DNA of 64,000 bases, taken from assembly GCA_963701095.1 (NCBI GenBank), contig OY969564.1, positions 960,001 through 1,024,000 of the forward strand. Reading direction: 5' to 3'. Origin of the DNA: an uncultured Methanoregulaceae archaeon (GTDB lineage Archaea > Halobacteriota > Methanomicrobia > Methanomicrobiales > Methanospirillaceae). Positions 32,461 to 42,364 of the stretch are shown piece after piece (the stretch's first letter is position 1; each line of letters begins with the position of its first letter). The position numbers and the translations under genes are program-made. A model generated the notes under the pieces. That model was given only the letters and a program-made list of their open reading frames with translations, was not told the origin of the DNA and ran no database searches.

Positions 32461-32724
32461 ATGGCGTTTTCAGTACATGTAAACGTAAACCGGTGCACTG
32501 GCTGCGGAAACTGCGTGATCGCATGCCCGGTAAATGCACTGGAACTGTACACACTTGATCCTGTGACCAGTGAAAAAATCTACCAGGTTCAGGACGGCGT
32601 GTCAGTGAGTCTTGATGTCAAGACAGAATTGTGTGCGGGATGCGGCGTATGCGTTGAAGCATGCCCGTATGATGTAATTCAGTTATCCGGCAAAGGCTCA
32701 GGAGAATCGTTGGTCAAGGTCTGA
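32461..32724 (+). CDS. fwdG: Formylmethanofuran dehydrogenase subunit G (2x[4Fe-4S])
   Basis: MAFSVHVN..RCTGCGNCVIACP and CAGCGVCVEACP; first gene of the fwd operon. Confidence 0.85.
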   Translation: MAFSVHVNVNRCTGCGNCVIACPVNALELYTLDPVTSEKIYQVQDGVSVSLDVKTELCAGCGVCVEACPYDVIQLSGKGSGESLVKV

Positions 32725-32752
32725 CCACGACCCCACCACAAGAGAAGATACT

Positions 32753-33163
32753 ATGGCGGAGAAAAAGATTACCCTCAATATTATCACATGCCGGACGATC
32801 CAGCAGGGCGTCGGCATGGAAGCAGGTAAAACATCACAGAAGTATTTTGATGCCTGCACTATCATTCAGATGCACCCCGAAGATTTCAAGAGACTCGGGG
32901 CCTGGAAGAACACAAACGTCAAAGTTACGAGCTCAGTCGGAAGCGTTATTTTAAAGGCTGTCGAGACCCGCGAAGATCTTGTCCCGGGGCTTGCCCACAT
33001 TCCGATGGGCCCGTGGGCTAACCGTATTGTCCCGGCGTATACGTTCTCAACAGGAGAACCCTGTTTCAAAGGATTTGCTGCTGACGTAGAGGTTGCTGCA
33101 AATGCACGGATTTTGGGAGCAATCGAAGTCCTGCAGGATGCCTGCGGACTTATCAGGAAGTGA
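32753..33163 (+). CDS. fwdD: Formylmethanofuran dehydrogenase subunit D
   Basis: TCRTIQQG, IPMGPWAN, TGEPCFKG molybdopterin-binding fold. Confidence 0.92.
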   Translation: MAEKKITLNIITCRTIQQGVGMEAGKTSQKYFDACTIIQMHPEDFKRLGAWKNTNVKVTSSVGSVILKAVETREDLVPGLAHIPMGPWANRIVPAYTFSTGEPCFKGFAADVEVAANARILGAIEVLQDACGLIRK

Positions 33164-33169
33164 TGACGG

Positions 33170-34495
33170 ATGCCAAAAGAAGTAACTGATGTTATCTGCC
33201 CGTTCTGCGGGACATTGTGCGACGATATCCGCGTTACCGTTTCCGATGATAATAAGACGATCCTCGGTGTCAAGAACGCATGTGCAATCGGCGCCGAGAA
33301 GTTCAACCACCAGCGGCTCCCGGGCCGGGTCAAACGCCCGCGGATGCGACAGGCTGACGGGACATTTAAAGAGATCACGTACGATGAGGCCATTGACTGG
33401 ACCGCAAAAATGCTCGTAAAGTCAAGAAAGACTCTCATGTACGGCTGGGCATCCACCAGCTGCCAAGCTATGAGCATCGGCCACGAGATCGCAGAAAAGG
33501 TTGGCGGCATCGTCGATAACTGTGCAACAGTCTGCCATGGCTCATCTTTAATTGCCATTGAGGATGTCGGTGTCCCGACGTGTACCCTTGGTGAGGTCAA
33601 GAACCGTGCAGACCGTGTTATTTTCTGGGGATGCAACCCGGCACACGCTCACCCCCGGCACATGTCACGGTATTCAATTTTCCCGCGTGGGTTCTTCACC
33701 GTCAAGGGCCACAAAGGCCGGAAGATCTATTGTGTGGACTGCAGGTACACGGATACCGCGAAATGCGCCGATGAATTCATCCAGGTCCAGCAGGGCTATG
33801 ACTATGAACTGCTCAACGCATTCCGCACAGCAGCCCGTGGAGAAGTACTCCCCGACACCGTTGGCGGAGTTCCAAAAGAGAAGATCTACGAGATCGCAGA
33901 AGATCTCAAACAGGGCAGGTTCATTATCATCTTCTTCGGTATGGGCCTTACCCACACTATGGGCAGAAACCACAATATCGATATTGCGATCAACCTGACC
34001 CGTGACCTCAACGACTACACGAAATGCGCGATCATGGCCATGAGAGGACACTGGAACGTTACCGGTTCCGGTCAGGTTCTCGGATGGCAGTACGGGTTCC
34101 CCTACGCCGTAGACCTCTCACGGAGAGATCAGGCACGCCACCAGACCGGAGAGACGACATCCGTCGACCTCCTCAATAGAAACGAAGTCGAAGCCTGCTT
34201 CTATATCGCAACAGATCCGGGTGCACATTTCCCGGTTGATGCGATGATCAGCAGTTCCAAGAAGCCGACAGTCACAGTCGACCCGCACATCCAGTGCACG
34301 ACCGAGATTTCCGACATACACATCCCAGTCGCCATGGTAGGTGTTGAGACCGGGGGTTGTGCATATCGTATGGACAACGTTCCTATCGAGACCCGTAAAG
34401 TGGTAGATCCGCCGGAAGGCATGCTGACCGACGAAGAACTCCTGACCAAGATCAACCAGAAGGTTGATGAACTCCTTGCCAAAGGAGGAGCGTAA
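33170..34495 (+). CDS. fwdB: Formylmethanofuran dehydrogenase subunit B (Cys-ligated, no in-frame UGA)
   Basis: CPFCGTLCDD, ATVCHG, TLGEVKNRAD, HPRHMSRY, MRGHWNV, YRMDNVP. Confidence 0.96.
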   Translation: MPKEVTDVICPFCGTLCDDIRVTVSDDNKTILGVKNACAIGAEKFNHQRLPGRVKRPRMRQADGTFKEITYDEAIDWTAKMLVKSRKTLMYGWASTSCQAMSIGHEIAEKVGGIVDNCATVCHGSSLIAIEDVGVPTCTLGEVKNRADRVIFWGCNPAHAHPRHMSRYSIFPRGFFTVKGHKGRKIYCVDCRYTDTAKCADEFIQVQQGYDYELLNAFRTAARGEVLPDTVGGVPKEKIYEIAEDLKQGRFIIIFFGMGLTHTMGRNHNIDIAINLTRDLNDYTKCAIMAMRGHWNVTGSGQVLGWQYGFPYAVDLSRRDQARHQTGETTSVDLLNRNEVEACFYIATDPGAHFPVDAMISSSKKPTVTVDPHIQCTTEISDIHIPVAMVGVETGGCAYRMDNVPIETRKVVDPPEGMLTDEELLTKINQKVDELLAKGGA

Positions 34496-36202
34496 ATGTC
34501 AGAATATATCATCAAGAACGGACACGTCTTTGACCCGGTGCAGGGCATCAAAGGAGACAAAAAAGATATCGCCGTCAAGGACGGGAAGATCGTTGATAAG
34601 GTCGGATCTTCAGCAAAAACCATCGATGCCAAGGGAAAGACGGTCATGGCCGGTGCCCTTGATATCCACGCCCATGTAGCAGGCCCTAAGGTAAATGCCG
34701 GCCGCTGGTACCGTCCTGAAGACAAACATTTCGACTCCCACAAGGTCCCGGGAATTACCCGTATTGAAGGCGGCAAGTCCATTCCGACGGTTTTCAAGAC
34801 CGGGTACGCGTACGCACGGATGGGGTTCACCTTTGTCATGGAAGCAGCCATGCCCCCGATGTACGCCCGGCACGTGCACGAAGAAATCCACGATACGCCA
34901 ATTATCGATGAAGCAGCTCTTCCCGTCTTCGGTAACAACTGGTTTATCCTCGAATACCTGAAAAACCAGGAAATCGAGAACACGGCGGCATACATTGCAT
35001 GGATTCTCCGCCAAACCAAGGGATATGGGGTCAAATGCGTCAACCCCGGCGGCACAGAAGCCTGGGCATGGGGACTCAACTGCCTCACCATCCACGACCC
35101 GGTACCGTACTTCGATATCACGCCGGCAGAGATTATCACCGGCCTGATTGCTGCAAACGAGTATCTCGGCCTGCCCCATTCGATGCACCTCCACCAGAAT
35201 GATCTCGGTAACCCCGGGAACTACACGGTCACGCTCGATTCCCTGAAGCTTGCAGAAGGAATCAAGCCTAAGAACAATTTCGGACGCGAACAGGTCCTGC
35301 ACTCTACACATCTCCAGTTCCATTCCTATGGTGGGGACAGCTTCGCTAACATCGATTCAAAGGCAAAAGAGGTCATGGACTACGTCAACAAACAGAAGAA
35401 CCTCACCATTGATACCGGTCAGGTAACCCTTGACGAGACCACAACCATGACTGCTGACGGTCCATTCGAGCACCACCTCCATGCGCTTAACCACCTCAAA
35501 TGGTTCAACGTGGATGTCGAGCTTGAAACTGGCGCAGGTGTCGTGCCCTATATCTACAGCCCGAATGTCTCGGTAAATGCAATCCAGTGGGCAATCGGCT
35601 TGGAACTTGCCCTCTTTGCAAAGGATCCGGAGCGTTGTTTCATCACCACCGACCACCCGAACGCCGGGCCGTTCACCCGGTACCCGCGGGTCTATTCCTG
35701 GCTGATGAGCAAGAAAGTCCGTGATGAGCGCCTGAACACCTTTAAGAATGCCGATAAAATCATCGGTGCGACCTACCTCGCTGAGATCGACCGCGAGATT
35801 TCCCTGTACGAACTTGCCCAGATGACCCGGTCCGGCCCTGCAAGGGCACTCGGCCTTGGCAAAGACTATGGCGGCCTCGCTGTCGGCATGAACGCAGATA
35901 TTGCGATTTACAATATCGACCCGGACAACTTCCCCACCACCGGCGCTGATATTGAGAAAGCGTTTGCGAACGTTGCATACCTCTTCAAGGACGGTAAGAT
36001 CTGTGTTGAAGAAGGTAAAATCGTTGACATGGGCAACAAACACACCTTCTGGGTGGATGCCAAGGTCAATGAGAACAAACAGGTCATGCATGACATCAAG
36101 GAAAAATTCCTCAAGTATTACAGCCTGAGTGAGAACAACTATCCTGTTCCTGAGAGTTATGCACCGCACCAGCACATTCTTACCGTGGATGCGGTTCAGT
36201 GA
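34496..36202 (+). CDS. fwdA: Formylmethanofuran dehydrogenase subunit A
   Basis: DIHAH amidohydrolase motif, KCVNPGG, TTDHPNAGPF. Confidence 0.96.
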   Translation: MSEYIIKNGHVFDPVQGIKGDKKDIAVKDGKIVDKVGSSAKTIDAKGKTVMAGALDIHAHVAGPKVNAGRWYRPEDKHFDSHKVPGITRIEGGKSIPTVFKTGYAYARMGFTFVMEAAMPPMYARHVHEEIHDTPIIDEAALPVFGNNWFILEYLKNQEIENTAAYIAWILRQTKGYGVKCVNPGGTEAWAWGLNCLTIHDPVPYFDITPAEIITGLIAANEYLGLPHSMHLHQNDLGNPGNYTVTLDSLKLAEGIKPKNNFGREQVLHSTHLQFHSYGGDSFANIDSKAKEVMDYVNKQKNLTIDTGQVTLDETTTMTADGPFEHHLHALNHLKWFNVDVELETGAGVVPYIYSPNVSVNAIQWAIGLELALFAKDPERCFITTDHPNAGPFTRYPRVYSWLMSKKVRDERLNTFKNADKIIGATYLAEIDREISLYELAQMTRSGPARALGLGKDYGGLAVGMNADIAIYNIDPDNFPTTGADIEKAFANVAYLFKDGKICVEEGKIVDMGNKHTFWVDAKVNENKQVMHDIKEKFLKYYSLSENNYPVPESYAPHQHILTVDAVQ

Positions 36203-36213
36203 GGTGAAAAGGA

Positions 36214-37014
36214 ATGGAAACAATTACACTTACTGTTAAGAAAGTGCCGGAACTCTACCTTGAATGCGAAGGCCTGAACCCCGATACGTTTGCCGGCAAA
36301 TCTGTCGACCAGATTGCAAAGATCCCGATGTACCAAGGTAAGGAAATTTCCACCCTTGGTGAGTACTTCACGGTTGCAGGAACCACCGGGGCAACGGCAG
36401 CCGACACAAAGATCGTCGTGAACGGCGATTGCTCCAAGATGAAGTACATCGGCTCAAAGATGACCGCCGGTGAAATGGTGGTCAACTCAGACTGCGATAT
36501 GTACACAGGAAGCTGGATGAGCGGCGGTAAGCTCCTCGTCAAGGGCAACGTCCACTCATTCTGTGGCCTTGCCCTCAAGGGCGGCGAGTTTACTATCGAA
36601 GGCAATGCTGGCAACTATCTCGCCGCCGCATACCGTGGTGACTGGAGAGGAATGTCCGGCGGAGTACTCCGCGTAAAAGGGAATGCGGGTTCTGATGTTG
36701 CAAGCTTCATGACCGGCGGCACCCTGATCATTGAAGGCAGTGTCGATATCCACCTCGGTACCCACATGGAAGGCGGCAAGATCATTCTCAAGGGCAATGC
36801 AAACCGCCGGGTTGGCGGACAGCTCGTGAAAGGCGAGATCTATGTGTTCGGCACCATCAATGTCATGATGCCCGGCTACAAGAAGACCGGCGAGGTCGAT
36901 CTTGAAGTCGATGGCACCAAGGCAAAGTTTGACGAATATATTGGTGATCTCGGCGAGCGCCACCCCAAGAAGAAAGGCGAAACCGTTTACGGCAAGCTTT
37001 TCATGAAGAAATAA
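36214..37014 (+). CDS. fwdC: Formylmethanofuran dehydrogenase subunit C
   Basis: GXGXG beta-helix repeats, YRGDWRGM, GDLGER. Confidence 0.95.
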   Translation: METITLTVKKVPELYLECEGLNPDTFAGKSVDQIAKIPMYQGKEISTLGEYFTVAGTTGATAADTKIVVNGDCSKMKYIGSKMTAGEMVVNSDCDMYTGSWMSGGKLLVKGNVHSFCGLALKGGEFTIEGNAGNYLAAAYRGDWRGMSGGVLRVKGNAGSDVASFMTGGTLIIEGSVDIHLGTHMEGGKIILKGNANRRVGGQLVKGEIYVFGTINVMMPGYKKTGEVDLEVDGTKAKFDEYIGDLGERHPKKKGETVYGKLFMKK

Positions 37015-37024
37015 CTTTTTTTTT
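37015..37024 (+). terminator. Oligo-T archaeal terminator after fwdC
   Basis: Run of nine T right after the fwdC stop, facing a convergent gene. Confidence 0.6.
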
Positions 37025-37064
37025 AGAGATTCTCGTATCAACTGAATTATTCCGCCAACCTTTG

Positions 37065-37448
37065 TTAATCGCGAGAAGCCTTCGCTATACCTTGTCGGGC
37101 ATCCATTTTTACGCTGATTGACGTGATTATTCCTTCAAGTGTCGCTCTCCCTGCCGGCCCCTGCCGGTAATAATAGAGGAGAAGGTGGAAAAAGTCGGCA
37201 GTTAAATCGGCAAACTCCCTTTTGTACCGGACCTCGACGTTGGTGTCTCCCACAAAACCCTTAATCGAGATAAACCGGTCTTTCTCGAAAGAGAAATACG
37301 GGCGACGCAGGTGTGAGAAAGATCTGACAGTGCCAAAATCTTCAAGAAAACCCAGGAATTCGGTTGTCAGTGGCTCGTCAAGCAGGTACTCTTTCATCAG
37401 CGAACCGTCCACACAGACTTTCGATTGGATCGACTTAAGAATCCGCAT
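37065..37448 (-). CDS. Hypothetical protein coupled to the cysteine desulfurase
   Basis: MRILKSIQSKVCVDG...; the start overlaps the end of the upstream desulfurase. Confidence 0.7.
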   Translation of the reverse strand: MRILKSIQSKVCVDGSLMKEYLLDEPLTTEFLGFLEDFGTVRSFSHLRRPYFSFEKDRFISIKGFVGDTNVEVRYKREFADLTADFFHLLLYYYRQGPAGRATLEGIITSISVKMDARQGIAKASRD

Positions 37449-38580
37449 TATCTGCAACCTCGCAGATCGCTTCGACAGCCTGCCTGCATTCATCAAAAGT
37501 GGTAAAATAGCCCGGGCTTATGCGGATACAGCCGGTCCCCTTGTCGATTCGCTCATGGATAAGTGGTGCACAGTGAAGGCCGGTCCGGGTAATGATGCCG
37601 TAGGCATTAGCAAGAATATTCCCCACATCATCCGGGGGGATTCCGGTAATATTAAACGGAACAACGGGGAGATCGGGATCCTGTGAATACAAAGTGATAT
37701 TACGGTTACATGCGAGTTCACGGGTGAATATGTTTGTACATTCACGATCATGCAGAGCAATCACGTCAAGCCCGACTTTTTCGATAAAACGAAGGCCGGC
37801 ATACAAGGAGGCAATCCCCGGATAGTTTGGTGTACCTGCCTCGAATCGCTCTGGCATACCTGTTGGATGCAAGAGCCTCTTTGAATCGGTCCCGGTCCCG
37901 CCCTCGCGAATGATAGCAATCCGATCCGGATCCCGAATCCAGAAACCGCCCGTTCCCGGCAACCCGTACAATGCTTTATGCCCGGTGAAGGCAAAGGCAT
38001 CCATTGGGACCTTTGAGAGATCGAGAGGAACCAGCCCTGCAGATTGTGATCCATCAACAATGAAAAAAATATCGTTTGCAGAAAGATAGTCCCCGACGTT
38101 CCTGATATCCTGAACCGTCCCGAGCACATTACTGCCATGGGTCATTACAACCAACCGGGTATCCGGCCGTACGGCATTTTTTATATCTTCAGGGTCGACC
38201 CGGCCGTCCGGACCTGATGGAACGATTGTGAGGGAAAGACAACTTTCGTGTTCAAGTGCAGAGAGCGGGCGAAGTACAGAGTTGTGTTCAAGATCGGTCG
38301 TAATAACGTGGAACGGTGAAGATTCCCGGCGTGCAAAACCATGAATCAGGATGTTGAGAGAGTCAGTAGCATTTGCAGTAAAAACCCAGTGATCAGCATG
38401 TTCTGTCTGGAAGCATGTCGAAAGGAGTTCCCGGGTCACTGAAGGATAATCGATTGCTGAACAGTATGCCGAGCGCCCGGCTTCAGCAAAGGGTTGGCTT
38501 AAGCACCGGGTTACCTCTGCAATAACCTCCCGGGGTTTAGGCCAGCTGGTTGCAGCATTGTTGAGGTAGATAAAAGGCAT
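37435..38580 (-). CDS. Cysteine desulfurase, group II type (PLP class V)
   Basis: YLNNAATS, EHNSV, DGSQ, FTGHK (PLP Lys), EAGTPN, RTGLHCAP catalytic Cys. Confidence 0.9.
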   Translation of the reverse strand: MPFIYLNNAATSWPKPREVIAEVTRCLSQPFAEAGRSAYCSAIDYPSVTRELLSTCFQTEHADHWVFTANATDSLNILIHGFARRESSPFHVITTDLEHNSVLRPLSALEHESCLSLTIVPSGPDGRVDPEDIKNAVRPDTRLVVMTHGSNVLGTVQDIRNVGDYLSANDIFFIVDGSQSAGLVPLDLSKVPMDAFAFTGHKALYGLPGTGGFWIRDPDRIAIIREGGTGTDSKRLLHPTGMPERFEAGTPNYPGIASLYAGLRFIEKVGLDVIALHDRECTNIFTRELACNRNITLYSQDPDLPVVPFNITGIPPDDVGNILANAYGIITRTGLHCAPLIHERIDKGTGCIRISPGYFTTFDECRQAVEAICEVADNADS

Positions 38581-38759
38581 ACTGGCCTTTTGATGCGGGA
38601 CTGACATGGACGCACTACAATAAATCTTACCGGCGTGCCTTAATGACTTTGTTACATTTTTCCGGTGAATCCCGGTCTTTCTCCCATTAACGATCAAATA
38701 CAATATGCTAATAAAGCGTGAATCCCTATAGAATAGCATACCATTTCGAGGTTATTTAC

Positions 38760-39026
38760 ATGGACGCGTACAGGTGCATGATGTGCGGTCATATCTATGA
38801 CCCGGCTGTCGGAGAGACAAAGGCATTCAACAACACAATTCTGGTCAACACGGACAGAATGGAAGAGTATGAGGGTAAAGTTATGGCATCCCAGCCGATT
38901 AAACCCGGAACTCCCTTCTCTGCTCTTCCTGCTGACTGGAGATGCCCGACCTGCGGGTACCCCAAGTCATACTACCAGAAGGTAACTCCGGACACCCTGA
39001 CCGCAATGCGGACAATCAGCTACTAA
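38760..39026 (+). CDS. Rubredoxin with a long internal insertion
   Basis: CMMCGHIYDP ... PGTPF..LP.DW.CPTCG. Confidence 0.88.
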   Translation: MDAYRCMMCGHIYDPAVGETKAFNNTILVNTDRMEEYEGKVMASQPIKPGTPFSALPADWRCPTCGYPKSYYQKVTPDTLTAMRTISY

Positions 39027-39161
39027 AAAGACCCATTATCTCTTTTTCAAGTAAAGAATTTTATTTGGCCATCCTTCCTTCAAAACGAGCCTTCATTCAC
39101 TATTACCAAGGCTGATACGGAGAACTTCGGGCCTGAATAGTAAAAGATTATCGTTTTGATC

Positions 39162-39388
39162 TTATTGGTATCCTGGCACTTCTATGCGGGGGACCTTTCC
39201 TTCTATTGTGTCCCGGTACAATCGCTCAGGAAATGTCGCGTGCCTGATCGCACTGTAGGCCTCATAGAGAACCGGTGCGTAGTATTTTGTACTCCGCCGG
39301 GTAAGACCACGATCAGTTGCTTGTTCTCAATATCATACCCCAGTTCCCGAATTCCATTCGAGACAAATCTATCCCAGACTATACTCAT
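39162..39388 (-). CDS. KTSC-domain-like protein, frameshift near 39287
   Basis: S.GIRELGYD.E...L.V...GG; one extra A in an A4 run continues as KYYAPVLYEAYSAIRHA...GYQ-stop, matching the KTSC pattern. Confidence 0.62.
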
Positions 39389-39493
39389 GCACACACACAC
39401 CTTGCACAACCGGATCAGTTGTGGCTGCCGACCGTTTTACCCACGGGAAGATAAATGTTTGCGGGAATTGCAAAAAAGAAAAAAACGTATATT

Positions 39494-40369
39494 CTATCCT
39501 TCAATCATTTTTTCAATGGACTTCTTGAACTCATCAAACTCAAGCTCGTCAAGCTGTTCAGGAAGCATCTCACCGCTCGAGGCCTGCCGGTAGATCCAAT
39601 AGATAATCCGGTCAACTACCCTGATAGCATCATCCTGCGTCTTTACGGTAATAAGGTGACGCCCTAACTTTGGATGTCTGCCCCGGCGTCCACCTACCGT
39701 TATCCGGTACTCCGGGTCTTCGGCGGATATAATATTGAATGGGCAGGGAAGGATACAGAAACCACATTCCATGCAGAGATCCTTGTGCAGGACAACAAGG
39801 CCATCAGTCACTTCAATTGCCTTCTCCCTGCAGTAATGGGTGCATGTCCCGCAGCCGGTACAGAGTCCGGGATCACGTATAGGGCGGCGCGTACCGGTGA
39901 TACCGATTTCGTTGAGGCGTTCACTTTCACAGCCGTTAGGACATGCAGAGATTGCTATTCTCACCTTGACCGGCAGTTCCCTCCCGAAAAAACGTTTGTC
40001 GATTTCCCGTGCAAGACCTACACTGTCGATGATGCCGAACTTGCAATGCCTGGTTCCCAGACACGAGGTTACGTTGACGACTTCCTCGCGTTCAGCGCCC
40101 AGGGGGGTGCCATTTTTTTCCAGATCTTTTACGAGTCCCTCGAGCTTTCGGGGATCGACATGAGGCAGCTCTACGGTCTGCCGGGTCGTAAGATGGAGAT
40201 CGGTTACCCCGTAACGATGGGCAATCTTTCCAAGCCCCTGCATCTGTTCAGGGGTGATCATTCCTGCCGGCATACGGAGGCGGACGATACAGAAGTGAGG
40301 GTCGATTTCTGTAATAATTCCGCCCTTTGTATAGAGCGATTCATCAATCTGAGATTTTTTCTGTTTCAT
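39494..40369 (-). CDS. Siroheme sulfite/nitrite-reductase-like protein with ferredoxin insert (AsrC/Dsr-LP type)
   Basis: RLRMPAG, HLTTRQ, Cx5C (CLGTRHC), Cx3C (ACPNGC), two CxxCxxCxxxC motifs, VGGRRGR. Confidence 0.87.
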   Translation of the reverse strand: MKQKKSQIDESLYTKGGIITEIDPHFCIVRLRMPAGMITPEQMQGLGKIAHRYGVTDLHLTTRQTVELPHVDPRKLEGLVKDLEKNGTPLGAEREEVVNVTSCLGTRHCKFGIIDSVGLAREIDKRFFGRELPVKVRIAISACPNGCESERLNEIGITGTRRPIRDPGLCTGCGTCTHYCREKAIEVTDGLVVLHKDLCMECGFCILPCPFNIISAEDPEYRITVGGRRGRHPKLGRHLITVKTQDDAIRVVDRIIYWIYRQASSGEMLPEQLDELEFDEFKKSIEKMIEG

Positions 40370-40469
40370 ATCTGACTAGTGCTTCGCCATAACAATGGAT
40401 AGAGGTTACGAATGTACACCAATGAGTAAAGTACAAATGATTATTACACTCCGTTGCGTAGTACGTACC

Positions 40470-41039
40470 ATGGTGAAGCATTCCGAATATATGGAAGCTT
40501 TTTTTGGCGTCGAGCTTAACCAGAAATTCGAAGATATGATAAATGAACTTAAGGACGCGGAGGACAACCTTAAGGAACTTTCCCTTGAAATTGGAAAACT
40601 GGGAGAGATAAAGGACACGGATACCCTCAGTGAATCTATCAAGGAATGCCGGGCCGTAGCATATGAAAATGCCCAGAGCATAAAAGATGTCCGCACTTTT
40701 CTTGATTTTTACCTTAAATCCGACAAAACATCCACTCATATCATCCTCGAAAGGGATGCCTATATGAAAATCTATCAAATCTTCAAGTGGGACGGCGCAG
40801 ATGTCCGGGATCTCAAACGCTGGATTGGTGACCTTAAAGAAATCTGTGATAAGATCGGCCTGAACATGAGGGACCTTATCAATTTCAAGAAACTTACTTC
40901 ACAACCCGTACCCCCGGAACTGGTTAAATTCCCGGTGTATGCACTTGATCGGCAGGGCTACTGCCTGACCGGTCCCGCGTTTGACATGGTCCTTCATATC
41001 GATGAAGTCCGTGAACAGATGGCCGAGAACTCGAACTAA
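40470..41039 (+). CDS. Hypothetical helical protein
   Basis: Long ORF with protein-like composition, divergent from the reductase and followed by a T-run. Confidence 0.78.
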   Translation: MVKHSEYMEAFFGVELNQKFEDMINELKDAEDNLKELSLEIGKLGEIKDTDTLSESIKECRAVAYENAQSIKDVRTFLDFYLKSDKTSTHIILERDAYMKIYQIFKWDGADVRDLKRWIGDLKEICDKIGLNMRDLINFKKLTSQPVPPELVKFPVYALDRQGYCLTGPAFDMVLHIDEVREQMAENSN

Positions 41040-41126
41040 TAATTTTTTTTTATCCACTGTATCTGAGGTCAGATAGCAGAGGGGAATAGATAAATAACGC
41101 TATTTTCAAATCATCAGTATTCCTTC

Positions 41127-42350
41127 ATGGCCTCACATTTTTTTCTTTTAAGGGATGCTCTCAGTCCGGAGCGGCTCGGCTGGATGGAAGAGCTATTGAA
41201 ATTCTATTTTCTAAAACTCAATCCGCAGAGCTTCCTTCATGCCTCGAAGGAACGCGACGCAGCGTTTATCTTCTTTTTAACCGGTGACGCCCTGTATAGT
41301 CTCCAGGACCCTTCAATGATCGAACTCTGGGAGAATTTTCTCTCCCTGCCGTCGATAAAAATAGTCTGTGACCAGGAAGAACTTGCTCTCCGGGGGATTG
41401 CAACCGAGCGGCTCAAGATGAAAAATCCCGAACTGGTCATTACCCATAACAGCCTTGCCCTGAACGGTAGACCCTCATTCTGGAAAGATGTCACGCGATA
41501 CGCCCGGCAGCATGACCAACCGATCCCCAGTACTATCGGATATCTTCACATGGCATCCCCGTATATGAACCGCTCATCAGGCATCCTGCCTGACTGTCTT
41601 GGTGCGGCGCTTGAATCACACGCCTCGTGTGATCTCTACTGTTACCTTGATGGTGTTCACATCTGTCATGATGGCCAGAACCCGGTAGATGCTGAAAATA
41701 TAGGCAATGATCTGGAAAACCTCGACACACGGGCTGGAAAACGCGGTCTTCATTTCCAGATATATGTAAGTGCCCGGTGTGCCGAAACCCGGGGATATTG
41801 TATCCGGGATCAGAATGAGGGCCTTGTACCAGTCTGTACCATCAGGCCGGTAAAACTCCGTGAATTAAAAGATATTGCCACGCAGTTCCGTAGTAATCAT
41901 ATCATTATCTCCGAGAATTGTGCATCGTTTTTCACAAAAAAAGAGAATGTAAAACAGTCGCTTGGCTTTGACGAGAGGGGACGGGGACCACCTATAACTA
42001 TCCTCGTTACCCGGCACCCATTAAGTGCAGAGTACGCTTCCGGCGCACTTGATTTTGCCATTGCATGTGCTTCGCGGGATATCCAGACAAGCGTCATTTT
42101 CATCGAAGACGGGGTTTATGCACTTTCCAAGGCGACCACTTCTAACAAGCTGCAGGAAACGATAGATGCTGCATCCGGAAGCAAAAATCTCCAGTTTTTT
42201 GTGTTTTCACCCTCTCTTTCGGCGAGAAATATCAGTAAAAATCCGAAATTAACCGGAGTGATACCTGTTTCTATTGCAGATCTCGGAAACCTTCTTTTCT
42301 TCATGCCAACCGGTGTAGTGGCATCCCATCAGCGAATATTCTTTTTTTAA
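41127..42350 (+). CDS. DsrE/F/H (TusBCD)-like multidomain sulfur-relay protein, paralogue 2
   Basis: [30 protein letters not shown]...GQNP, ARCAETRGY, IFIEDGVYAL, HQRIFFF end. Confidence 0.78.
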   Translation: MASHFFLLRDALSPERLGWMEELLKFYFLKLNPQSFLHASKERDAAFIFFLTGDALYSLQDPSMIELWENFLSLPSIKIVCDQEELALRGIATERLKMKNPELVITHNSLALNGRPSFWKDVTRYARQHDQPIPSTIGYLHMASPYMNRSSGILPDCLGAALESHASCDLYCYLDGVHICHDGQNPVDAENIGNDLENLDTRAGKRGLHFQIYVSARCAETRGYCIRDQNEGLVPVCTIRPVKLRELKDIATQFRSNHIIISENCASFFTKKENVKQSLGFDERGRGPPITILVTRHPLSAEYASGALDFAIACASRDIQTSVIFIEDGVYALSKATTSNKLQETIDAASGSKNLQFFVFSPSLSARNISKNPKLTGVIPVSIADLGNLLFFMPTGVVASHQRIFFF

Positions 42351-42364
42351 CCCGGAAAGAGACA

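Noticed and set aside
32866..37041. Long antisense ORFs over the fwd operon, and similar ones over other genes
   Set aside because: They are shadow frames of strongly codon-biased genes and carry no motifs.
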